From positions 1 to 47,497 of the forward strand of contig JAYSRO010000445.1 in the NCBI GenBank assembly GCA_043720995.1: a stretch of 47,497 nt of DNA, given 5' to 3'. Numbering within the stretch: the first letter of the stretch is position 1; the number at the start of each line of letters is the position of its first letter. Below, in pieces: positions 26,342 to 34,573 of the stretch. Under the pieces are notes generated by a model. The model was given only the letters and a program-made list of their open reading frames with translations. It was not told where the DNA came from and ran no database searches. This DNA comes from Candidatus Eiseniibacteriota bacterium (GTDB taxonomy: Bacteria; Eisenbacteria; RBG-16-71-46). The position numbers were made by a program, and so were the translations under genes.

Positions 26342-28281
26342 TGCTCGCTCTCGTGGCCGGGCTGTTCGCATTCGCTGTCTCCGCAGCGCTGACGCCGCTG
26401 GTGAGAGAGGCAGCCTGGCGGCTGGGGGCCGTGGCGAACCCGCGCGCGGACCGTTGGCATGCGCGCCCTACCGCATTGGGTGGTGGCATCGCCGTCGGCC
26501 TCGCCCTCGCCGTCGTGCTCGCATTCGATAGCGAATGGCACGGATCGGTGGGGTTCCTGCTCGCCGGCGCGATGATCATGCTCGTGATGGGGTTGGCCGA
26601 CGATTTGTGGCACCTCCGTCCCTGGCTGAAGTTCTCGATCCAGTTACTCGCGGCCCTGTTGCTGCCACTCGCCGGCGTGCGTCTCGATTGGACGGGCGTC
26701 GCGGTACTCGATGTGCTGCTCACCGTCGCGTGGATCGTGGGCATCACTAACGCGGTCAACCTCGTGGACAACATGGACGGCCTCGCTGCCGGGCTGGTGG
26801 GCATCGCGGGCGCTTCCCTGTGCCTCGTCTTCGTGCTCCACCTGCAGCCCGCACAGGCCCGGGCCGCCGCTGCGATCGCGGGTGCGGCGGCGGGATTCCT
26901 GGTCTTCAACTTCAAACCGGCCTCGATCTTCCTCGGCGATGTGGGCACGATGTTTCTCGGCTACACCATCGCAGGACTCGCGACCTACGTCGGCCGCGGA
27001 CGCCCGTTCCACTTCGCGGCATCGTCCGACATCCTCGTGCTATTGCTGCTCGTTCCTATTTACGACACCGCCTACGTGATGATCCGACGCAGTCTCGAAG
27101 GCCGCTCGTTCTGGACCGGCGGTCGCGACCACACATCGCACGGCCTCGTGGCCCTCGGCTGTTCGGAGCGCCGCGCGGTCTTGACGCTGTACGGCCTGTG
27201 CGCGCTGGGTAGTGCCGACGCCGTACTTCTCGCGGCGGGGCATCGCGCGGCGGGGCTTCTCCTGATGATTCCGATCGCCGTGGTGCTCGTGTGGTTCACC
27301 CTCCGCCTCGCACGTACCCCGGGCGCCCGGCGCGACAGCGCCAGCGTTTCCGGCGCGGTCACGGATCCGCCGGTTCACGGCGCCGCGCCTTCGCGCCCAC
27401 GTCACGCGTTCACCGTGGATGTCGAAGAGTGGTTCGAAGGCATACCGCTCGACAGCGCTCTGCGCGCCGCGGCGGAGCCCCGACTCGAACGCGGGCTGGA
27501 GCCGTTGCTCGCGCTGCTCGAAACGGCAGGTGTCCGCGGGACGTTTTTCGTACTCGGCCCACTCGCGCTTTCGAATCCCGCGATCATTCATCGCATCGCG
27601 GCCGCGGGCCACGAGGTGGGCTGTCATGGCTGGTCGCACGAGCTCGTCTACACCATGACGCCGGAGCGGTTTCGCGACGAAACACGCCGTGCGCGTGATG
27701 CCATCTCCGGGTGCACAGGCGCACCGGTGCTGGCATACCGGGCCGCGTATTTCTCGATCACGCAGCAATCGCTGTGGGCACTCGACGTTCTCGCGGAGCT
27801 TGGCTTCCGCTATGACTCCTCGATCTTCCCGGTCGACAATTGGCGCTATGGAATCCCCGGATTTGACCCACGACCTCGGAACATCGAAACCGCGCATGGC
27901 GCCATCGCCGAATGGCCCATCTCCACGAGACGCGTCTGCGGCCGCAACATTCCGGTCTCAGGCGGCGCCTATTTCAGGCTCTACCCGTTCGCAGTGACCC
28001 GCGGCAACCTGCTGGCTGCCGAAACCGCACAGCGGCCTGCGGTGTTCTATATTCACCCGTGGGAGCTCGATCCGGATCATCCCCGGGCTGCCTTCGACTG
28101 GAAGGCGCGCCTGACACACTACGCAAATCTTCGGTCCACCGAACCCAGGCTACGCCGGCTACTCGAGGAGTTCCGGTTTGGCCGGCTCGGTGAATTGCTC
28201 GAGCTCGAGCTGCTTGCGCGCGCTCCAAGTGTGCGCGCAAGTGGTGCCGTAACGGCAGCAACGATCGGAGAAAACCGATGA
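26341..28281 (+). CDS. Fusion of a WecA/MraY-family polyprenyl-phosphate sugar-1-P transferase and a DUF3473-type polysaccharide deacetylase
   Basis: N-part: GLADDL, NAVNLVDNMDGLA, FNFKPASIFLGDVG, RDHTSH. C-part: FTVDVEEWF, TFFVLG, GHEVGCHG..H, YRA.YFS, GGAYFRLYP, YIHPWELDP. The ATG overlaps the upstream TGA and the frame is uninterrupted. Confidence 0.85.
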   Translation: MLALVAGLFAFAVSAALTPLVREAAWRLGAVANPRADRWHARPTALGGGIAVGLALAVVLAFDSEWHGSVGFLLAGAMIMLVMGLADDLWHLRPWLKFSIQLLAALLLPLAGVRLDWTGVAVLDVLLTVAWIVGITNAVNLVDNMDGLAAGLVGIAGASLCLVFVLHLQPAQARAAAAIAGAAAGFLVFNFKPASIFLGDVGTMFLGYTIAGLATYVGRGRPFHFAASSDILVLLLLVPIYDTAYVMIRRSLEGRSFWTGGRDHTSHGLVALGCSERRAVLTLYGLCALGSADAVLLAAGHRAAGLLLMIPIAVVLVWFTLRLARTPGARRDSASVSGAVTDPPVHGAAPSRPRHAFTVDVEEWFEGIPLDSALRAAAEPRLERGLEPLLALLETAGVRGTFFVLGPLALSNPAIIHRIAAAGHEVGCHGWSHELVYTMTPERFRDETRRARDAISGCTGAPVLAYRAAYFSITQQSLWALDVLAELGFRYDSSIFPVDNWRYGIPGFDPRPRNIETAHGAIAEWPISTRRVCGRNIPVSGGAYFRLYPFAVTRGNLLAAETAQRPAVFYIHPWELDPDHPRAAFDWKARLTHYANLRSTEPRLRRLLEEFRFGRLGELLELELLARAPSVRASGAVTAATIGENR

Positions 28282-28817
28282 ATCGAAGTCGCTGGGCAAG
28301 CGTGCAGGCACTCGTGCTCTTCGCCGCCACTGCTCTCACCCTTGCATCGATCGCGGGCGTGGCGCAGGCGAAGCCCTGGACGACGTGGGCGACACTGGCA
28401 CCAGACCCGCTGGCCTCTGACAGTTCTTACGTGGCGTTTTCCGCGCTGCCCGAGGACTCATTGAGCACCTCCGAATTCTCGTGGCTCGCGATGCAGCGCG
28501 ACTGGCGGAGGCAGCGTCGCGACGAGACGCGCTTCGATACGCCGCAGGCAGCGTCGACCGTGACCGAAGCCGGGATCCGGCACCGCGAGCGGCCCACCGA
28601 CAAACGCTTCGCCAAGCTCGCGGCTCAGCCCTACGGCGCGCTAAACGAGAGTGAGCGCTCGTGGCTCGTCGTGGAGAACGCAGTGCACAACGCAGACGCG
28701 GGAACTTCCACGGGCGAGAGGGTCGTGGGGGGCATCCTCATCGCCGGCCTCCTGGGGGCCGTGCTCGCGGTCGTTACCATCGGCTATGTGTTCAGTCATG
28801 CCTGGCAGATCCCCTGA
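28278..28817 (+). CDS. Hypothetical exported protein with an internal two-fold repeat and C-terminal TM anchor
   Basis: ATGA overlap with the upstream gene, GGAG RBS, signal peptide ending AQA, C-terminal hydrophobic helix. Confidence 0.7.
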   Translation: MNRSRWASVQALVLFAATALTLASIAGVAQAKPWTTWATLAPDPLASDSSYVAFSALPEDSLSTSEFSWLAMQRDWRRQRRDETRFDTPQAASTVTEAGIRHRERPTDKRFAKLAAQPYGALNESERSWLVVENAVHNADAGTSTGERVVGGILIAGLLGAVLAVVTIGYVFSHAWQIP

Positions 28818-28820
28818 AGC

Positions 28821-29234
28821 ATGTCGCCCCCAACCGGATGCTCCGGCACCCCGCTCTCCAAGAAGTTGGGCTACCGCGATTCGAGCCGCGTGTACTTGTC
28901 GGGTGCTCCCAGTGATTTCACTCGATTGGTTGAGCCTTTGCCGCAAGGCGTCCGCTTCGTGAAGACGGTCGACGCAGCCACCGAGATCGTCCATGTGTTC
29001 GTCACGGACCGGGCGAAGCTCGCCAAGTTCCTGGCGAGCTGCCGCAAGAAGCTCAAGCCCGAAGCGATCGTCTGGGTCTCGTAGCCCAAGAAGTCTTCGA
29101 AGGTGCCGACCACGGTGGACGAGAATGTCATTCGAGAACTCGCGCTGCCGCTGGGGTTCGTGGACATCAAGGTGTGCGCCATCGATGAGACGTGGTCCGG
29201 GCTGAAGCTCGTCGTTCGCAAAACGCTTCGCTGA
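28821..29234 (+). pseudogene. DUF3052-family gene interrupted by an in-frame TAG at 29082-29084
   Basis: G.SGTPLSKKLG start; ...IVWVS*PKKSSKVPTTVDENVIRELALPLGFVDIKVCAIDETWSGLKLVVRK continues in frame to TGA 29232-29234. The family normally has W (TGG) at the stop position. Confidence 0.85.
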
Positions 29235-29274
29235 CCACGGTCGGGATCTCGCACCGCGCCCGGTTGCGGGCCGA

Positions 29275-30070
29275 AGCCGACCGCATGGACGGACTCATGG
29301 ACGGAGTACTGGTTCGCTTCATCTCGAACCCCAACCGGCGCTGGCCTCTCACCACCAACAGGTCGAGCCCTGCCCCCGTGTGTGTGCGCCAAAAAAAGCA
29401 CTCTTCCGGACGGGCCCGCAGACGGCGAATGACCTGCTCGAGCACGAACCCCTCCCACGACGAGCCGACCTTCGCGTAAGACAGGAGCGCGTCGTGGGTG
29501 CCAAGGCCGATCAGTGCATGGAGGATCCCAGAATCCGAAACGTACACGCGTGAAGCCTTGACCTGACGCTTCCCAATATTCTCGTGCCAGGGCGGAAGCA
29601 CCCGAAGCGCAAAGGTTCCCGCGGGGTGATCGAGATGGCGGCGCAGGGTGGTATCAGCAATCCCGAAGGCGCGCGCGAGGAAGTCGCGCACGAGAGCGCG
29701 CCGCCACTCGAAACTGGCCGTCTCAGATCGAGCGAGAAACGAAAGCGGAAACCCACCCCGCACCCAAAGGCGCTTCCATTGCGATGGGTCGATTTCTTCA
29801 CAGTCGAATCCGGCCATGTCCGCATAGCCGATGCGACCCGCGAGGGTCTCGGCTGATTGCTTCAAGAGTTCTGGCGAGACGCTTCCGAGCACAAGGAAGC
29901 GAGCCGGAAGCGGTCGCCGGTCCGCCAGCACGCGCAACACAGGGAACAGGTCGGGCCGGCGTTGGATTTCGTCGAGCACGACCAAGCCGCGCAATGGCCC
30001 CAGGGTCAACTCGGGCTCTCGCAGCCGCGCGACGTCTTCGGGGTTCTCGAGATCGAAGAAAGTCGTGACC
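29275..30070 (-). pseudogene. Decayed second copy of the AAA_14-DUF4143 ATPase
   Basis: Aligns to 22756-23919 (FDLENP, VVLDEIQRRP, ETLAGR, RGGFP, DSGILH, GFEMK) but lacks the N-terminus with Walker A, has a 36-aa in-frame deletion (FL^ARAFG) and lacks the C-terminal ~35 aa. Confidence 0.85.
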
Positions 30071-30079
30071 CCACCGACC

Positions 30080-30116
30080 CCATGGAATATCGGCGGTAGG
30101 TGCTGAATTTTCATGG
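30080..30116 (-). promoter_or_regulatory. 37-bp imperfect palindrome, copy 2, upstream of the decayed AAA-DUF4143 gene
   Basis: Minus strand CCATGAAAATTCAGCACCTACCGCCGATATTCCATGG; same length as 22706-22742 with the first 12 bp identical. Confidence 0.65.
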
Positions 30117-30162
30117 TCTCGCAAACACCCCACGGAACTTCACACGCACCCCCGCCGCCCCC

Positions 30163-30209
30163 AAAAAACCGGGAGCCCCGGCCAACCGCACCGGGGCTCC
30201 CGTGTTTTT
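30163..30209 (-). terminator. Intrinsic terminator (possibly bidirectional) after the 1336-aa gene
   Basis: 12-bp stem CGGGAGCCCCGG/CCGGGGCTCCCG with a 9-nt loop, flanked by A6 on the left and T5 on the right. Confidence 0.88.
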
Positions 30210-30227
30210 AGCTTTTACTGCGTGTGA

Positions 30228-33200
30228 CTAGTGGAACACGACGATCTTCTTGTTCGCCACCCGTTCGCCCGCGCGCAGCGTGACGAAGTAGGCGCCCGGC
30301 GGCAGCGCGCGGTTGCTTGAACCGCGGCCGTCCCAGCGAACCGTGTTCAGGCCGGCTTCGGCCTGACCGTCGAGCAGCGTGCGGACGCGCTGTCCGCTGA
30401 GGTTGTAGATGTCCAACCTCACCGCACCACTCTTCGGCATCGCGTAGCTGATCACCATTCCGGAGTTCGTCGGGTTCGGGGCGGTTGCATAGATCCCGAA
30501 GTCCAATCCTTCCGTGTTGATCGGCACGCCCGTGTTGCGCCACAGACACGTGGCGGCGCAGACGTCGATCACGCCCGGCTCCCCGTCACATGTGAAGGTG
30601 ACGGTGAAGCAGCACGAGACGCCGCCCGGCATGTTGTTCGCGGCGGCGACGCTGATCCAGCCCGTCCAGTTCGGCGGCACCGGATTCGGCGCGGGCGTGA
30701 AGTCCTCGTTCAGCAAGGTTGCGCTGAATCCAGGACACAGCCCGGCGATGGTCCACGGCGAGCCCGTGGTGCTGTTGCAGAAGATCAACGTGTGCACGTG
30801 GCTCGAACCGAAGCCCGGCCGCACCAGCAGGCTCGTGAAGTGGCGATTCACCTGGCCCACTCCACCAGCTCCTGCCCAGTTGATGTCCACGTTGCCCGAC
30901 CAGCTCGTATCCGGCGGACACGGTGAGCCAGGTTGCGGCCCACCACCGGGGAACTGCTGCTGCGGTTGCGGCGGCAGCTGCGACAACGGCACCTCGAAGA
31001 AGACGTCGAAGAAGCTCGACGGCTGGATCGGGGGCACGGTGAACTGACCAATCGAACCGAAGTTCGGGGCGAACGCGCCGAACGGCTGCGAGTTCATGGT
31101 TCCCGAAACCGGCACGGTCGGCTGCGAAGCACTCGGGTTCGTCCAACGGATGTGGAAGCGCACCGCACCGATCGCGGGCACTGCCGTCCAGTCGACGGTT
31201 CCCGGCACCGGGTTCACCGGCGTCGGACCGCACTGGCAGGTGATCGCGCACAGATCGATCACGCCGGGCACGCCGTCGCACAGGAACGTCACCTTGAAGC
31301 AGCAGGTGTCGGGCACTGGGGTGCCCGCCGCGGCCGTCACGCTGATCCAACCCGTCCAACCCAACGGCACGGGATTCGGCGCCGGCGAGTAGTCTTCGTT
31401 CTGCAGCGTGGCGCTGAAGCCCGGGCACAGCCCCGTGATCGTCCACGGCATTCCGGCCGGATCCGCGCACACCAGCGACTTGATGTGAATGAGCGATGCG
31501 CCGCCACCCGGACACACCGTGATGTCGCCGATGTGGTAGTTGGCCTGCCCACCTCCTGCGGGTCCGTTCCACACCACGTCGACGTTGCCGTTCCAGTGCG
31601 TGTTGGGAGGACACGGTGCACCAGTGCCTGGGCCACCCTGCGTGGGCGGATTCGGCGGCAGCGCCGTCAGCGGCATGTCGAGGAACACATCGAAGAAGCT
31701 GTGCGCCTGCATCGCCGGTACATCGAAATGCCCGATCACGCCGGAGTTGGGCAAGAACACGCCGAACTCCTGCGAGCTCATCTGGCCACTCACGGGCGCC
31801 GAGACGACGTCGTTCGGATTGCTCCAAGTCTGGTGGAACTGCACCGTGCTGGTGCCCGCAAGCGTCGTCCACGTCACCGGAGACGGCACCGGAGCCGGTG
31901 CCGTGTGACACTGGCACGTGGTCGCGCAGACGTTGATCACGCCCGGCACGTTGTCGCACAGGAACGTGACGCTGAAGCAGCACGTCACCGGCACCGGCGT
32001 CGCCGCCGCGGCCGAGACGCAGATCCAACCGGACCAACCCGGCGGCACCGGATTCGGCGCTGCCGAATAGTTCTCGTTGACGAGTGTCGCGCTGAAGCCC
32101 GGACAGAGCCCAGCGATCGACCACGACGACGGTGTCCCGGACGGACAGTTCACTTCCCGCACGTGGATGTAGGTGTTGCCCGAACCCGGGCAGACCTGCA
32201 GGTCGCCGAAGTGATAATTCACCTGGGCGTTGCCCGCCGTGCTCGTCCAGTTCAGGTCGACGTTGCCTGCCCAGCTCGTGTCAGGAGGACACGGCCCAGC
32301 AAGCGTGGACATTGGCGATCCCTTGCCTCCGGCGACGACGTTCGAGGACGGTCCGCCGCTGATCGCCGCACTGGGCGGCAACTGGGTGAGCGGCACGTCG
32401 AAGAACACGTCGAAGAAACTATTGGGCTGGATCGGGGGAATGTTGAGCTGCCCGATAGACCCGAAGTTCGGCGCAAACACCCCGAACGCCTGCGACATCA
32501 TCTGGCCTGTCGCGGCCGCGGTGGCAAGCGTGGTGCTCGGGTTCGTCCACTTCACATGGAAGCGGATGTCCGTCGAGCCCGGCACGTTGGTCCAACCAAT
32601 CGTGCTCGGTTGCGGGTTCGGTCCCGGCGTCGGAGCGCACTGGCACGCGAAGGTGCAGATGTCGATCGTGCTGGAGACGCCGGCGCACGTGAACGTCACG
32701 CCGAAGCAACAGCTCGTACCGACCGCGCCAGCAGCGGCCTGGATGCTGATCCATCCCGACCAGCCGACCGGGATCGGATTCGGCGCCGGCGAGAAGTCCT
32801 CGTTGACGAGCGTCGCGGTGAATCCCGGGCACAGACCCGCGATCGTCCACGGCATCGGCGAGGTGCAGTTGCTCGGACGGAAGTGAATGAATGAGGGCGC
32901 ACCACCCGCGCACGTCAGCAGGTCGGAGTAGTGCTTGTTGACCTGGCCACCCTGCGGGGTGCCGGACCACTGGATGTCGACGTTACCCGCCCAGTTCGTA
33001 TCGGGAGGGCACGTCGCCTGCGTCTGAGCGCCGCCACCGTAGGTTGCGTTGGCGATCTGCTTCAGGCCGCCACCGCCGGGAACGATCTTCTGCGGACTCG
33101 GCGGTAGGGAGGAGAGCGGCACTTCGATGAACACATCGAAGAAGCTGTTCGGCTGCAGCGGCGGCACGTTCATTTGGCCGATGAGCCCCAAATCCGGCAG

Positions 33201-34238
33201 GAAGACACCGAACTCCTGCGCCCTCATCTGCCCGGTGACGGGCCCGGACATCGCGTCGTCGTCAGTGTTGGTCCAGCGGACGTGGAAGCGGATGTCGGGC
33301 ACCCCCGTGGCACTCAGCACCGGCAACCAGCTGATCACGGTCGGCGTCACGATGCCGAGGCAGCCATTGCCGCCGAAGGTCACTTCGCTGACTTCCCCAC
33401 CCGTGCGCTGGTAGGTGAGCGGCTTGGTGAGCGCGGTGGCGCTGCCGAGATTTGTCTGTGACGCGGGCGCCGTATCCGCGTTGTAAGCGGAGACCAGAGC
33501 GCCGACATCGGGACCGTCGATCGAGATGCCTGTCTTGTTCATCTTGGGGTTCGAGGCGCTATTCGCGCCCCAGCTGGCGTAGTCGACGTCGCACACACGG
33601 TCGGAGGCGCCATCCCAGCAGTACAGCACGACCCACTCGCCATTGGTGGCCGAGGGGTTCGTGAACAGGCCGCCGGTGACCGGGAACGAACTGCCCGTCG
33701 CGACGGGGATCATGTCGTCGGTGGTGTTCTGGTTCGAGTCCTTCATCTCAAGGAAGATCTGGGCAGCAGCAGCCGAGGCGCCACTGCCGAAGAAGCCCGC
33801 CTTGGTCACGCACAGCACCAGCGTGCGCCCGGGCAGCAACGTGAGTCCGGTGGGGAACTTGAGATTGAAGTCGCTGGCGTTCGCAACGGCGTACAGACCA
33901 TTGACGACTTTGTAGTAGCCGATGTCGTCGCTGATGTACTTGCCGTTGAGCGAGATGGGGTTCGGCGAGGGATTGTAGATCTCAAGGTACTCGCTCGAAT
34001 CGGAGGCGGCACCGGTTCCGGCGCCGCGGGGGGCGACTTCGCTGATGACCAAGTGGGTCGCGAAGGGCGCGCCGGGGACGGTACCTGGGGACATGTTGAT
34101 CGTCCCCCATCCGCCGGTGGCGAAGTTCTCGCTCGTTTCATTGTGGCCGCCGATGGAACAGGTCTGGGCTCCGGCTGGCGACAACGCCAGCAGCGCACCA
34201 AACGCGACCATCGCGAGCAGGGGCAATACTCGCTTCAT
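30228..34238 (-). CDS. Large secreted protein: lamin-tail-like N-domain, four tandem ~230-240 aa Cys-rich repeats, FlgD-Ig/CTD tail
   Basis: AAGGAG RBS; signal peptide; LVISEV...SEYLEIYNP; four repeats containing SFFDVF; tail APNP...IYNLSGQRVRTL...WDG...PGAYFVTL. Confidence 0.9.
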   Translation of the reverse strand: MKRVLPLLAMVAFGALLALSPAGAQTCSIGGHNETSENFATGGWGTINMSPGTVPGAPFATHLVISEVAPRGAGTGAASDSSEYLEIYNPSPNPISLNGKYISDDIGYYKVVNGLYAVANASDFNLKFPTGLTLLPGRTLVLCVTKAGFFGSGASAAAAQIFLEMKDSNQNTTDDMIPVATGSSFPVTGGLFTNPSATNGEWVVLYCWDGASDRVCDVDYASWGANSASNPKMNKTGISIDGPDVGALVSAYNADTAPASQTNLGSATALTKPLTYQRTGGEVSEVTFGGNGCLGIVTPTVISWLPVLSATGVPDIRFHVRWTNTDDDAMSGPVTGQMRAQEFGVFLPDLGLIGQMNVPPLQPNSFFDVFIEVPLSSLPPSPQKIVPGGGGLKQIANATYGGGAQTQATCPPDTNWAGNVDIQWSGTPQGGQVNKHYSDLLTCAGGAPSFIHFRPSNCTSPMPWTIAGLCPGFTATLVNEDFSPAPNPIPVGWSGWISIQAAAGAVGTSCCFGVTFTCAGVSSTIDICTFACQCAPTPGPNPQPSTIGWTNVPGSTDIRFHVKWTNPSTTLATAAATGQMMSQAFGVFAPNFGSIGQLNIPPIQPNSFFDVFFDVPLTQLPPSAAISGGPSSNVVAGGKGSPMSTLAGPCPPDTSWAGNVDLNWTSTAGNAQVNYHFGDLQVCPGSGNTYIHVREVNCPSGTPSSWSIAGLCPGFSATLVNENYSAAPNPVPPGWSGWICVSAAAATPVPVTCCFSVTFLCDNVPGVINVCATTCQCHTAPAPVPSPVTWTTLAGTSTVQFHQTWSNPNDVVSAPVSGQMSSQEFGVFLPNSGVIGHFDVPAMQAHSFFDVFLDMPLTALPPNPPTQGGPGTGAPCPPNTHWNGNVDVVWNGPAGGGQANYHIGDITVCPGGGASLIHIKSLVCADPAGMPWTITGLCPGFSATLQNEDYSPAPNPVPLGWTGWISVTAAAGTPVPDTCCFKVTFLCDGVPGVIDLCAITCQCGPTPVNPVPGTVDWTAVPAIGAVRFHIRWTNPSASQPTVPVSGTMNSQPFGAFAPNFGSIGQFTVPPIQPSSFFDVFFEVPLSQLPPQPQQQFPGGGPQPGSPCPPDTSWSGNVDINWAGAGGVGQVNRHFTSLLVRPGFGSSHVHTLIFCNSTTGSPWTIAGLCPGFSATLLNEDFTPAPNPVPPNWTGWISVAAANNMPGGVSCCFTVTFTCDGEPGVIDVCAATCLWRNTGVPINTEGLDFGIYATAPNPTNSGMVISYAMPKSGAVRLDIYNLSGQRVRTLLDGQAEAGLNTVRWDGRGSSNRALPPGAYFVTLRAGERVANKKIVVFH
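30545..33340 (-). repeat. Four tandem intragenic repeats (periods 726, 723 and 681 bp)
   Basis: Anchors IRFH/IRFH/VQFH/VRFH at about 33293, 32567, 31844 and 31163; shared W.GNVD..W, GLCPGF.ATL.NED.SPAPNP.P.GW.GWI and CCF.VTF.C motifs. Confidence 0.92.
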
Positions 34239-34573
34239 GTTCTACTCCTTGCAAAGGGGATCAAAGGAGCAACAGGAGCAGCTGATGCCGCACTGTGTTT
34301 AGTAGCCGAGTGGTCTCGCGGTCCTCCTTAGGGCCAAGGGGTGGGACAAGTTCTGCGGAGCAGGGTTGATAGTCTGCCCTCTGCCGAGGCTTGGCAATGG
34401 AATTGATCGCGCGTGGGAAGCCCCCCCCGATTGCCCCCACGTCAGTTACAGCGACGACGGGACACGCGTTGCAACACAGATAGGCCACGAACTCGCCCGG
34501 GCAGTGCCGAACGAATGAAACCCACACTGGGAAGTACGGGGATCGCTCGCGCTTCTATCGTGGATTCGGGGGC

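Noticed and set aside
29082-29084. Pyrrolysine or genetic-code reassignment at the TAG
   Set aside because: The position is a conserved Trp one substitution from TAG, and TAG acts as a normal stop for many genes in this window.
30586-32894. Long alternative ORFs (653 aa on +, 512 aa on -) over the repeat protein
   Set aside because: Arg/Gly/Ala-rich shadow frames expected in high-GC coding DNA, with no motifs.
30545-33340. Diversity-generating retroelement template/variable repeats
   Set aside because: Differences between units are not adenine-specific, all units are in-frame domains, and no reverse transcriptase is present.
34471-34487. Sigma-54 promoter for the 1336-aa gene (minus strand TGGC...TTGC)
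   Set aside because: GG-to-GC spacing is 12 nt rather than the required 10.
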